64,000 nucleotides of DNA, taken from a virus. Its lineage: Duplodnaviria > Caudoviricetes. The stretch spans positions 6,449 through 70,448 of IMG/VR virus record IMGVR_UViG_3300031938_000002, one strand, 5' to 3'. The notes below the pieces were generated by a model, which worked only from the letters and a program-made list of their open reading frames with translations, was not told the origin of the DNA and did no database searches. Shown here one piece after another: positions 9,355 through 17,278 of the stretch (position 1 is the first letter of the stretch; every line of letters begins with the position of its first letter). The position numbers and the translations under genes are program-made.

Positions 9355-9573
9355 TCACCTGGTGAATAGCCGCATCAGAAGGCTCGTGCCGTGGGTAGTG
9401 GTCCGGTTCGTCTGTGATCCACTGCCGGTTTGTACGTTGCCCACGGCTGGCGCTAACTGGCGTTCTCTGCAGTTACAGGCTGGAGCATGTTTCACTCCCC
9501 ATCGGGTTGGCCCGGACCGAGCGAAACGCTCGTTCCGGGTTGTGAAGTTGTCGAAGCCGCAGGGGCACGTCAC
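9355..9573 (-). CDS. possible small Cys/His protein (72 aa)
   Basis: CPCG...HAPACNC; weaker codon bias than neighbours. Confidence 0.35.
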   Translation of the reverse strand: MTCPCGFDNFTTRNERFARSGPTRWGVKHAPACNCRERQLAPAVGNVQTGSGSQTNRTTTHGTSLLMRLFTR

Positions 9574-9815
9574 CGTGCGTGCGACCGTTCTGCCGCGTGA
9601 TCTGCGAAAGGCGCACCGCCTTACTCCCCGATGGGGCGGCGCTCGTTGTGTCCCGTCCTCATGTGGGGGGAGCGGGTCGAGTCCCAGGGGGACTAGTGCT
9701 CACCGGGACTCAGGCTCGTTGGCCCGTAGTGATCGGCAGGGTCCGGCCGTGCGCGGGGAGGCTCGTCATTGCAAGGTGATCCTCGTACCTACCCGTGCAG
9801 CGGTCCTGGGACAAC

Positions 9816-10023
9816 TGCTCGTAGTGCCCCGGTGGGCACTGGCCCTCCTGGTGGAGGGTGTTGCTCGTGATGCGCTGCCCTCAGAAGGGCAGGGTCGACA
9901 TCACGTTGGTGGCCCAGTGGACCACCATGACGATGGGCACAATGGCCACGGCGGACACCGTGGCTCGTGCCGCGAACTCAGCGATTCGCATGTGCCAGTG
10001 CTCGTAGTGCCCCGGTGGGCACT
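9816..10023. repeat. Two identical 25-bp direct repeats with internal hairpin
   Basis: TGCTCGTAGTGCCCCGGTGGGCACT at 9816-9840 and 9999-10023; partial third copy TGCTCGTAG at 10047. Confidence 0.9.
9881..9991 (-). CDS. small membrane peptide (36 aa)
   Basis: MRIAEFAARATVSAVAIVPIVMVVHWATNVMSTLPF, lying between the two 25-bp repeats. Confidence 0.45.
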   Translation of the reverse strand: MRIAEFAARATVSAVAIVPIVMVVHWATNVMSTLPF

Positions 10024-10575
10024 AGCCGCTCCGTGGAGCGGGTGCCTGCTCGTAGCAGGTCAGGTTGGTCAGACTCCGGTGATCCGGAGCTGCTGTGGTG
10101 GGTGGGTCAGTGACCCATCCAGTACGCGAGGCGCACGAGCAGGGCAATCCCGATCGTGCACGCGGCGATCACGAGGACCGCCTTGGTGTGCGTGTCCATG
10201 TCAGGTATGTCACTCCTTCCTGTGGCCCCCAGCTCGTGGGAGGCGTATGGGGCAGACCTCGGTGATTCCGGTTCTGCTCGTTCGCGCGCTCAGACCATGG
10301 GGGAGCGCGGTAGGCGCGAACTTGCTCGTTCGCGCGCTCAAGTACACGGGGCGCCGCGGTGAGAGCACGCGGTCGCCCCGGCGCGGGCGGGCCGCCCCGC
10401 CCCCCGCCCCGGGGGCAGCGGGGGCGGGGGCACCCTGTCGGGCCGCCCCGGCCCCCGCCGCCCTCCCGGGGGGAGCGGAGAGGCGGAGAGACAGCGGGGG
10501 CAGGGCAGCGGGGGAGGCTGTCGCCCCGCCCCGCCCTGCCCTGTCTCCCGCTGTCCTCGCTCAACTACAGACAAA

Positions 10576-10697
10576 CGGACATCATGATGTAAAACGGACA
10601 CCGGACATATCGGACAGGCTTTACCGTTGCTTTACTCCGAGCTGGCGCGGTGCCCCGTAACTTTTTTACATGGGGGGCGCCGCCTGGCCGGAGTAAA
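10576..10697. promoter_or_regulatory. AT-richer iteron/inverted-repeat block (possible promoter, origin or terminus element)
   Basis: Palindrome ACATCATGATGT (10579-10590); CGGACA at 10576, 10595, 10602, 10611; inverted TTTACTCCG/CGGAGTAAA (10631/10689) around a T-rich loop. Confidence 0.5.
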
Positions 10698-10807
10698 GGG
10701 CTGGCAAGGGGGGGCGGCAACGGCCGTTTTGGGTCTGCCGATGTGCTGCCCCATCGGCAGGGCATGGGGCATACTGAGGGGGCGGGGCGGAGAGGCCGCC
10801 CCCACCC

Positions 10808-12271
10808 ATGAAAGGCACGACCGTGGACATGACCTACCGGGCGACCCTCGCCGCATCCCAACTACAGACAACCGACCCCGCCGCCCTCGCCGATGTGCTC
10901 CGCCTCGCCGCTAGGTGGGCGGAACACCCTGACGACGAGTCCACCGCCGTAGAGGTGGCCATGGTCAACGTGGCGGAGAGGGGCATTGCCCCCGCCGCCG
11001 CCGTACGGGTCGCCCTCCGCTCCGCCGCCGCAAACCGTCGGGCCGCGTGGGGCAGGGTCGCCCCCGCCGCCCCCGACGTCGTCGACGTCATGGCGGAACG
11101 TGCCACCACAGACGACAGGGCAGCGGAGGCGGAGGCGGAGGCCGTGAGGTGGCAGGCCGCCCGGGCCGCCCTGTCGTCGTCGGATCGGGCCGTCGTGGAC
11201 GCGATCACGGGGCACGCAATCTCCGCCCATGCCGCCCACCTCGCCGCCATGGCGGAGGCGGGGCAGTCCGACCCCGGGCCGTGGTGCAAGGTCGCATGCG
11301 CCAACCTCACGGGTCGGGCCGTCATGGTCCGTTGCACCTACTCCGCTAAGGCCGTCGCCGCCGCCCTAGGTCACACGGGCGGCATCTCCCCCGCAACGTG
11401 GGCGGCCGTCCGGGCCGCCGCCGCCCGGGCCGCCGTTCGCATCCTCGCCGCCATGGCAGGCCGCACCCTCTCCGACACTGTCGAGTCACGCCGCGCATAC
11501 CGGGCCGCCCGCTATGCCGCCGCCACCAATAGCGGGGGGACCGTCCTACTGGCGGCCGACGGGGGCAACGTCGGGAGCGGTGTGCCTTTCATGGGTGGAC
11601 GCAAGGCAGCGAAAGCCTCCCCCCGGGGGGAGCGTCTCGCCCCCGTCTTCCCATGGGTGACCTACGCCTCCCCCCTCGCCGCCGCCGCCGTGTCCGATCC
11701 GGGCCGCATGTTCGCCGCCCTCTCCGCCCTCCTGCCAGACGTCGAGTGGGAGCACTTCCAAACCGTGGTGGCAGTGTCCGCCCCGGAGCGGGCCGCCTCC
11801 GCCGCCCCCCTCGCCCGTCTGGGGTACTCCGCCCCGAACGCGGGGGAGGTGGGCGCCCCCGGGCCGTCCACGGCATACGGCACCCTGCCCGGGGTAGGCG
11901 AGGACGTCATGGTGGGGGCGGGGCAGACGTTCGCCCTCGCCGCCGTGGATCACCTCGCCGCCACCACCTCCCGGGCCGCCTCCCGGGCCGTGAGCAAGGC
12001 GGAGGCAACCTACGCTGCCCTAGGGCAGCGGGCCGCCGCCCCCTGCCCCCGTGTCATGGGGGAGGCCGCCCCCGTCTGTGGATGCGACGTCGCCCCGGGC
12101 ACGCCGCTACGCGAGGTGAAGCGGGAGCAAGTCACCTCCGGCCGCCGCCTGCCCTCGCACTTCCACCACGACCCGCAGGCCGTCGCCGCCCACCTCGCCG
12201 CCGTAGCGGAGGCAGACTCCGCCATGGTCGCCGCCGCCATGGTCGCCCGTGAGGCGGAGGCAGGGCAGTAG
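10808..12271 (+). CDS. Ala-rich protein (487 aa), possibly with a degenerate sigma-factor-like N-terminal half
   Basis: Long open frame. AALSSSDRAVV...YSAKAVAAALG...SPATWAAVRAAAARAAVRIL loosely resembles sigma region 4. Atypical codon usage; start may be 10829. Confidence 0.55.
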   Translation: MKGTTVDMTYRATLAASQLQTTDPAALADVLRLAARWAEHPDDESTAVEVAMVNVAERGIAPAAAVRVALRSAAANRRAAWGRVAPAAPDVVDVMAERATTDDRAAEAEAEAVRWQAARAALSSSDRAVVDAITGHAISAHAAHLAAMAEAGQSDPGPWCKVACANLTGRAVMVRCTYSAKAVAAALGHTGGISPATWAAVRAAAARAAVRILAAMAGRTLSDTVESRRAYRAARYAAATNSGGTVLLAADGGNVGSGVPFMGGRKAAKASPRGERLAPVFPWVTYASPLAAAAVSDPGRMFAALSALLPDVEWEHFQTVVAVSAPERAASAAPLARLGYSAPNAGEVGAPGPSTAYGTLPGVGEDVMVGAGQTFALAAVDHLAATTSRAASRAVSKAEATYAALGQRAAAPCPRVMGEAAPVCGCDVAPGTPLREVKREQVTSGRRLPSHFHHDPQAVAAHLAAVAEADSAMVAAAMVAREAEAGQ

Positions 12272-12280
12272 GACACAGGC

Positions 12281-12314
12281 CGCCGCCCCCCCCCGGATAC
12301 CGGGCGGGGCGGCG
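12281..12314 (+). terminator. GC hairpin after the Ala-rich ORF, followed by a poly-C tract
   Basis: CGCCGCCCC...GGGGCGGCG stem, then ACCCCCTCCCCCCCTA. Confidence 0.4.
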
Positions 12315-12339
12315 ACCCCCTCCCCCCCTATGTCGGGCG

Positions 12340-12948
12340 GTGAGCTTTCACGATGAATCCCTGGTTGCCGATTTGGGTCGTGAGAACGCCCGTTTCGCCG
12401 GAGTTGCTATGGTCGGGGGCCAAACGGACGTTGTGGAAGGGGATCGCATGGGAACGGACGTTCGGCCAGATCGGAGGGGCGAGGCCGACTACGGCGGCCC
12501 GGACCCTGACGACGTCGACCGACGGCTGGAGGGTCCTCTTCCGCGCATGTGCGCGGTGTGTCGCCGGCCCGATTGGGAGCGGCACGACCTGATGGCCCAC
12601 CTGGCCGCGGGGACGTTGGACACACGCAGCCGAGCAGAAGGAGAACGAACGTTGAGCAACGCCAAGCGAGAGCAGTTCATCGCCAGGTACAACGCCGCCG
12701 CCCACGCGGTGCAGAGCGGCATAGCTGTCCTGCTGCACCGGGACCCCACCTTGGCGGAGCCGAAGCATGTGCGGGTCGGCATCGACACCGCGAAGGCAGA
12801 GCAGGGTGGCCTGGCCCGACTGCTGATCCACAAGGGCATCTTCACCGAGGTGGAGTACTTCGAGGCCATGGCGGAGGCGATGGAGCAGGAGAAGGCGCGC
12901 TTGGAGCAGGAGCTGTCCACCGGGGGCACGACCATCCACCTGCAGTGA
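12340..12948 (+). CDS. hypothetical protein (true start uncertain)
   Basis: C-terminal HVRVGIDTAKAEQGGLARLLIHKGIFTEVEYFEAM has good coding signature; the 5' part carries four AACGNNCGTT sites. Confidence 0.7.
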   Translation: MSFHDESLVADLGRENARFAGVAMVGGQTDVVEGDRMGTDVRPDRRGEADYGGPDPDDVDRRLEGPLPRMCAVCRRPDWERHDLMAHLAAGTLDTRSRAEGERTLSNAKREQFIARYNAAAHAVQSGIAVLLHRDPTLAEPKHVRVGIDTAKAEQGGLARLLIHKGIFTEVEYFEAMAEAMEQEKARLEQELSTGGTTIHLQ

Positions 12949-13094
12949 CGGTGGACAGCCGCAGAGCCCTGTGCCCCATCTGCCACCTGTCGATCCGGGT
13001 GGTGAACGGGCGTTTGGTGGACCACATGGTGGGGCCGCCGGTGTTCTTCATGCGCAAGGCCATCTGCGCCGGCTCCGGGCGCCATGCCCCGTAG
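12945..13094 (+). CDS. small Zn-finger protein (49 aa)
   Basis: CPICH...DH...CAGSG; GTGA overlap with upstream stop. Confidence 0.6.
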   Translation: MTVDSRRALCPICHLSIRVVNGRLVDHMVGPPVFFMRKAICAGSGRHAP

Positions 13095-13557
13095 CCGCGC
13101 CACCCTGCCGGTGAGGGACCTGGCGTATGCCGCGGCGCTCATCGACACCTTGGCCTCGTTGAACCTGCGCGAGGTGGGGCCGTCGGAGCTGCCGCTGGTG
13201 ACGATCCAGGGTCGCTTCGAGCCGACCCTGCAGTGGCTGGGGGAGCGGACCGCGACCAAGCTCATCACCGTCACCAGGGACTACAACCGCAACGCGTGCG
13301 TCGACCACTGCCCGGAGCCGCACGTCCACATCGTGTCGAAGTCGACCAGGTGGAGTGTCAGCGGCACCAAGGCAACGATCGTTCTTCACAACGTGCTGCC
13401 GTTCCTGCGCTACCAGGACGAGACGGCACGCACGCTCATCGAGGCAGGCCGGACCATCGGCTGGAAGGGGCAGGTTGTGCAGCGGATGCGCGAGCTGGGT
13501 TGGGAGATACCGGAGTTGAAGCCGCAGCCCCGATCTTCCGTAGGATCGCCGGCATGA
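13084..13557 (+). CDS. LAGLIDADG-like protein, probably degenerate
   Basis: DLAYAAALIDTLASL helix; WSVSGTKATIVLHNVLPFLR. Confidence 0.65.
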   Translation: MPRSRATLPVRDLAYAAALIDTLASLNLREVGPSELPLVTIQGRFEPTLQWLGERTATKLITVTRDYNRNACVDHCPEPHVHIVSKSTRWSVSGTKATIVLHNVLPFLRYQDETARTLIEAGRTIGWKGQVVQRMRELGWEIPELKPQPRSSVGSPA

Positions 13558-13862
13558 GGGAACTCAGGACTGGTGCGGTGGTGGAGACTGCGTGCCCGCA
13601 GTGCGGCTCTGTGGAGCCCAGGACGGTCTACGACGTCGGGTCAGGCCCGGAGCTGTGCTGTGGGCAGTGCGAGTGGTGCTGGGGCGCGGAGGGCCAGGAC
13701 CTGAAGCCCCTGGCAACGGGTGTTTGCACGGCCTGCGGTCAGCTCATGATGCTGGAACACGGTCTGGTCATTGGCCACCCGGCCGGCCCGGCGGTCGTGC
13801 CCGGTGTCACTGCGCGTGTCTGCCGCGGGGCGGCGAAACCTCCTCGTACGGTGCCAGCATGA
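13554..13862 (+). CDS. Cys-rich hypothetical protein
   Basis: CPQCG, CCGQCEWC, CTACG. Confidence 0.6.
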   Translation: MRELRTGAVVETACPQCGSVEPRTVYDVGSGPELCCGQCEWCWGAEGQDLKPLATGVCTACGQLMMLEHGLVIGHPAGPAVVPGVTARVCRGAAKPPRTVPA

Positions 13863-13996
13863 ACGCCATCACGTCGGGTCTCCTGATCGTCGCAGCATTC
13901 GCCACGGGCGCCGCGGTCGCGCTGCGGGACAAGGTCGCCGGTGCCGTCGCCATCGCCGCCATCGCTGCGACAGTCCTGGTCGCCATCGTCACATGA
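13859..13996 (+). CDS. small membrane protein (45 aa)
   Basis: Two hydrophobic segments; ATGA overlap. Confidence 0.6.
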   Translation: MNAITSGLLIVAAFATGAAVALRDKVAGAVAIAAIAATVLVAIVT

Positions 13997-14310
13997 CGGC
14001 GCTGACCGAGGTCGCCCGCCAGCTCCTGGCGGACGGGCAGTGGCATGACCTGGAGAAGGTGCTCGCGCGCCTGGGCAGCAGCGTCCCGCCGGCCAAGGCG
14101 CTGCGGGAGATGGAGCGCTCGCGCCGCAAGTCGGCGCGCCTCCGGGGCCTGCCCGAGCAGGACCGTGTGCACGCGAGGACCGACGACCGGATGGTGCGCT
14201 CCGGCCAGAGACGCCTGGCCTTGGAGGCCCTGCGCCGGGTGGGGGCGACCCTGGACCCGCCGGCCACGGGAGGCAACCGGCGCGTCGTGGGCCGTAGGGT
14301 GAGACTGTGA
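13993..14310 (+). CDS. basic putative DNA-binding protein, paralog of 18882-19418
   Basis: LLADGQWHDLEKVLARLGSSVPPAKALR versus LLEDGQWHLLEPVLAEIGKVVPPGKALR. Confidence 0.7.
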   Translation: MTALTEVARQLLADGQWHDLEKVLARLGSSVPPAKALREMERSRRKSARLRGLPEQDRVHARTDDRMVRSGQRRLALEALRRVGATLDPPATGGNRRVVGRRVRL

Positions 14311-14543
14311 GTGAAGAGTTGATGACCCCCGGCGAGGTGGCCGCGGCGTTCAACGTCAACCCCAAGACCGTCACCCGCTGGGCCGACCTGGGGCGCATCC
14401 CGTCCATCAGAACCCTCGGCGGTCACCGCCGCTTCAGACGGGCCGACGTCCAGGCGGCGTTGAGGTGGAATGGCCAGGCTCCGAACCCGCTTCGGCACGA
14501 GCTGACCAAGCCCTGGTGGGAGGACGAGGAGCCCGAAGAGTGA
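14307..14543 (+). CDS. bldC: BldC-like MerR-family HTH regulator
   Basis: LMTPGEVAAAFNVNPKTVTRWADLGRIPSIRTLGGHRRF closely matches Streptomyces BldC (LLTPAEVATMFRVDPKTVTRWAKAGKLTSIRTLGGHRRY, from memory). Confidence 0.85.
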   Translation: MSEELMTPGEVAAAFNVNPKTVTRWADLGRIPSIRTLGGHRRFRRADVQAALRWNGQAPNPLRHELTKPWWEDEEPEE

Positions 14544-14582
14544 GGGGACTCGTTCTGCCCGGAGTGAGCCGACACGGCGGGG

Positions 14583-15248
14583 GTGAGAATCCTCGTTGCC
14601 TGTGAGTACTCCGGCGTCGTGCGGGACGCCTTCGCCGCCGTCGGCAACGACGCCTGGTCGTGCGACTTGGAGCCCTCCGAGCGGCCGGGACAGCACTACC
14701 AGGGGGATGTGCGCGACATCCTCGACCAGGGCTGGGACCTGATGGTGGCCCACCCCCCGTGCGACCACCTGGCCAACTCGGGGCGGGCGCACTTCGCCGC
14801 CAAGAAGGCCGACGGCCGCCAGCAGGCGGCGCTGGACTTCGTGGCGCTGCTGCTGGACGCCCCGATCCCCAAGATCGCCCTGGAGAACCCGATGGGCATC
14901 ATCGCCACCAGCCTGGGTCGGCCCGTCACCCAGACGATCCAGCCGTGGATGTTCGGCCAGGATGCCAGCAAGGCCACCTGCCTGTGGCTCAAGGGCCTGC
15001 CCCGGCTGCAGCCCACCGACGTTCTGGTCAAGAAGCGGTACACCAACCAGTACGACAACGGCGCTCCGAAGGAGCTGGGGGTGCCGCGCCACCTGCGCGC
15101 CCGGGAGCGCGCCCGGACGTTCCCGGGGATCGCGGCGGCGATGGCGGACCAGTGGGGGCGGGGTCAGGGTGTGGTGGACCCGGGCTGTGGCCGGCTGGCA
15201 CGCTCGTTCCGGCACCGGCAGAGCTGCCCTCGATGCGTTAACGCATAG
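14583..15248 (+). CDS. short cytosine DNA methyltransferase-like protein
   Basis: ILVACEYSGVVRDAF, AHPPC (motif IV), ALENPMG (motif VI), RARTFPGIAAAMADQWG. Confidence 0.75.
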   Translation: MRILVACEYSGVVRDAFAAVGNDAWSCDLEPSERPGQHYQGDVRDILDQGWDLMVAHPPCDHLANSGRAHFAAKKADGRQQAALDFVALLLDAPIPKIALENPMGIIATSLGRPVTQTIQPWMFGQDASKATCLWLKGLPRLQPTDVLVKKRYTNQYDNGAPKELGVPRHLRARERARTFPGIAAAMADQWGRGQGVVDPGCGRLARSFRHRQSCPRCVNA

Positions 15249-15269
15249 TCGTCAAGGCCGAGCGCCAGA

Positions 15270-15515
15270 TCACGCGTAGGGGCGCAGCAACCGGGCGACC
15301 TTCTCCACCACTCGGGGCGACACCAGCGGCAGGCCCTTGACCATCGCCTTCGCGTACGCCCTGCGGCACACCGGCACGCGGTAGATGGCCGTGTTGCAGG
15401 TGCCGTCGCAGCCATCGGTGTGCTGAGTCAGGTCGATGCCACGCCAAAACAAGGGTGCTCTGTCCGGTGAGGCTACTCTCGCGCGGTAACCCGGCGCGGC
15501 AACGCTCGTTTGCAT
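15270..15515 (-). CDS. possible hypothetical protein (81 aa)
   Basis: Fills the gap on the opposite strand; CDGTC motif; weak RBS. Confidence 0.35.
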   Translation of the reverse strand: MQTSVAAPGYRARVASPDRAPLFWRGIDLTQHTDGCDGTCNTAIYRVPVCRRAYAKAMVKGLPLVSPRVVEKVARLLRPYA

Positions 15516-15554
15516 GGCGTACGGTGTTCGTTCGACGTCAACCGGAAGGACGTT

Positions 15555-15749
15555 GTGACCAAGCAACTTGGCGAGCCCCTGCGCTGCCCCACCTGCCAGG
15601 CGACGGACCCCGTCGTGGGCGTGGAGGTGCGTGGCGTCTACGACGGGGTCCTGTTCTGGGAGTGCATCGAGGACGGCACCCGCTGGCACCGGCACCCGCA
15701 GGGGTCGCCGTACCGCGGGCGAGCCCAGAAGTACCTGGCGGACTCGTGA
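15555..15749 (+). CDS. hypothetical protein (64 aa)
   Basis: GGAAGG RBS; CPTC...GVEVRGVYDGVLFWEC. Confidence 0.7.
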   Translation: MTKQLGEPLRCPTCQATDPVVGVEVRGVYDGVLFWECIEDGTRWHRHPQGSPYRGRAQKYLADS

Positions 15750-16021
15750 AGGTCCTCGCCGCGGTGCTGCTGGCCGCCTCCAGCGTCTGGGCGGTATGGG
15801 GCATCAGCCGCACCCGCCTGTTCGACGCCGGCATCGCACAGCGCAGCAGGCGCCGAGAGACCCGACGCCTGCTGCGTCGCGCGGCCGTGTGGGAATGGAC
15901 CGTCGCGCTGTTCCTGGTGGTCCTGGACGGGGCCGCTCAGGTGCCAAACATCATTGCCCTAGTAGGTGTGGGAGTCATGCTGTGGTTCATGCCGAAACTG
16001 ATCGAACTTCGCGGAGACTAG
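15746..16021 (+). CDS. membrane protein (91 aa)
   Basis: Three hydrophobic stretches; GTGA overlap. Confidence 0.6.
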   Translation: MKVLAAVLLAASSVWAVWGISRTRLFDAGIAQRSRRRETRRLLRRAAVWEWTVALFLVVLDGAAQVPNIIALVGVGVMLWFMPKLIELRGD

Positions 16022-16066
16022 AGAATCTCCTGGTAAGGATCGAGAACCTGCATCAACGCCTGCGGA

Positions 16067-16300
16067 TCAGGCGCCAGAAGCGTCACCGTTGGTTCCGAGC
16101 CGCCGGTACTTCCTCCGCCCGCCGACGCGCCGAGCGGCCCCGATGAATGGCTCCATGGCGGCCATCAACGAATGCCGATTGTCGGCGCTCAGGTCGATTT
16201 CATAGTCGACCCCATCCAAGGTGAAAGTGACCGTCAAAACGCTGTCACCTTCGGTTCCGTCGAGGTCATCCACCATCACTGTTTCTACACGCTGTGCCAT
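16067..16300 (-). CDS. lsr2: Lsr2 N-terminal dimerisation domain only
   Basis: MAQRVETVMVDDLDG...VTFTLDGVDYEIDLSADN...FIGAARRVGGRR; no C-terminal AT-hook domain. Confidence 0.85.
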   Translation of the reverse strand: MAQRVETVMVDDLDGTEGDSVLTVTFTLDGVDYEIDLSADNRHSLMAAMEPFIGAARRVGGRRKYRRLGTNGDASGA

Positions 16301-16318
16301 GGCGGACACCCTCTCACA

Positions 16319-16528
16319 TCAGCTCCGCTGCTGAAGCACGACGGCCCGCTTCCGGTACAGGCCGGCTTCGTCCAACACGCGTCGCGTCGCCATCTTCACA
16401 TTCGACGCCTGTTCGGTCGCCTCGGCCGCCGCATCCAATGCGCGCGATGCCTCCACGGCCACGATGTAGCGGTACAGGTCAGGCTCTTGCTGCTTGAGGC
16501 TCCGACGTTGTTCTTCCATCCGGTTCAC
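16319..16528 (-). CDS. hypothetical protein (69 aa)
   Basis: AAGGAGG RBS with GTG start. Confidence 0.6.
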   Translation of the reverse strand: MNRMEEQRRSLKQQEPDLYRYIVAVEASRALDAAAEATEQASNVKMATRRVLDEAGLYRKRAVVLQQRS

Positions 16529-16764
16529 AATCCCTCCTTTGCTTCTTCCTCGGTGAGAAAGCCGGCGGCGACGAATGCCGCCAGCACGGTGGTGTCCTTG
16601 GATGTTCTCGCCAGGGCGGCCACCCGATCTGGGAATCGGGGCTTGGAGCCACCTAACCAACGGCAGATGGTCGCCTGGTCCAGGCCCGCGCGGGCGGCGA
16701 GCTGAGCCTGGGTGGCCCCTCCCTTCAGCTTGTCGACGTACATGGCCCACTGTCCGCCGCTCAT
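16525..16764 (-). CDS. XRE/Cro-CI family HTH protein, candidate repressor
   Basis: TQAQLAARAGLDQATICRWLGGSKP HTH; FVAAGFLTEEEA tail. Confidence 0.8.
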   Translation of the reverse strand: MSGGQWAMYVDKLKGGATQAQLAARAGLDQATICRWLGGSKPRFPDRVAALARTSKDTTVLAAFVAAGFLTEEEAKEGL

Positions 16765-16802
16765 CGTCCGGTTCCGCGGCAGTCGTGCCGATGGGCGCGA
16801 TC

Positions 16803-17054
16803 ATGGACACCGACAACATCACCAACGACATCACCAACGACCCGGGCGTGCGGGCGCAGCGGGCTGCGGAGGCCCACCTGGTCGCCTGCTGGGAGGCCTT
16901 CCACGCCTACGACGAGCTGGGGGTGGAGGAGGGGGAGGGTCCGGAGGACCCATCGTCGGCCCCGTTCTGCGGCTGCGAGACCTGTGTGGTCCGTGAGGTC
17001 CTCTACGCGGCGTGGCCCATCCTGCGCGACGCCGCCCTCGCTGGTTGCCAGTGA
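16803..17054 (+). CDS. hypothetical protein (83 aa)
   Basis: FCGCETCVVREVLYAAWP; start may be 16791. Confidence 0.65.
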   Translation: MDTDNITNDITNDPGVRAQRAAEAHLVACWEAFHAYDELGVEEGEGPEDPSSAPFCGCETCVVREVLYAAWPILRDAALAGCQ

Positions 17055-17278
17055 CACGCCCAACACGTCTACCCCTACACTCCCCAGCCTTGGAAACGGA
17101 CGTTTCGACCACGTTAGCCGGGTCGCACATATGCCGCAATGGCACCCCAAAGACGTGGCTCCGGGGCGATTGTGGGCTAGTGTTCCGCCCATGGGTCACG
17201 CTGACCACGCTCCCGCGCGCCGCGGGAGGGTACCGGAAGAGGAGGCGTCATGGTCCAACACCCAAGCGGGGGTAATCC

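Noticed and set aside
9816-10023. CRISPR-like array
   Set aside because: Only two full repeats, separated by about 158 bp that contains an ORF; no regular spacers and no cas operon.
13084-13557. Group I intron or intein host for the LAGLIDADG ORF
   Set aside because: Flanking genes appear intact and coupled; no splice-junction residues or intron structure recognised.
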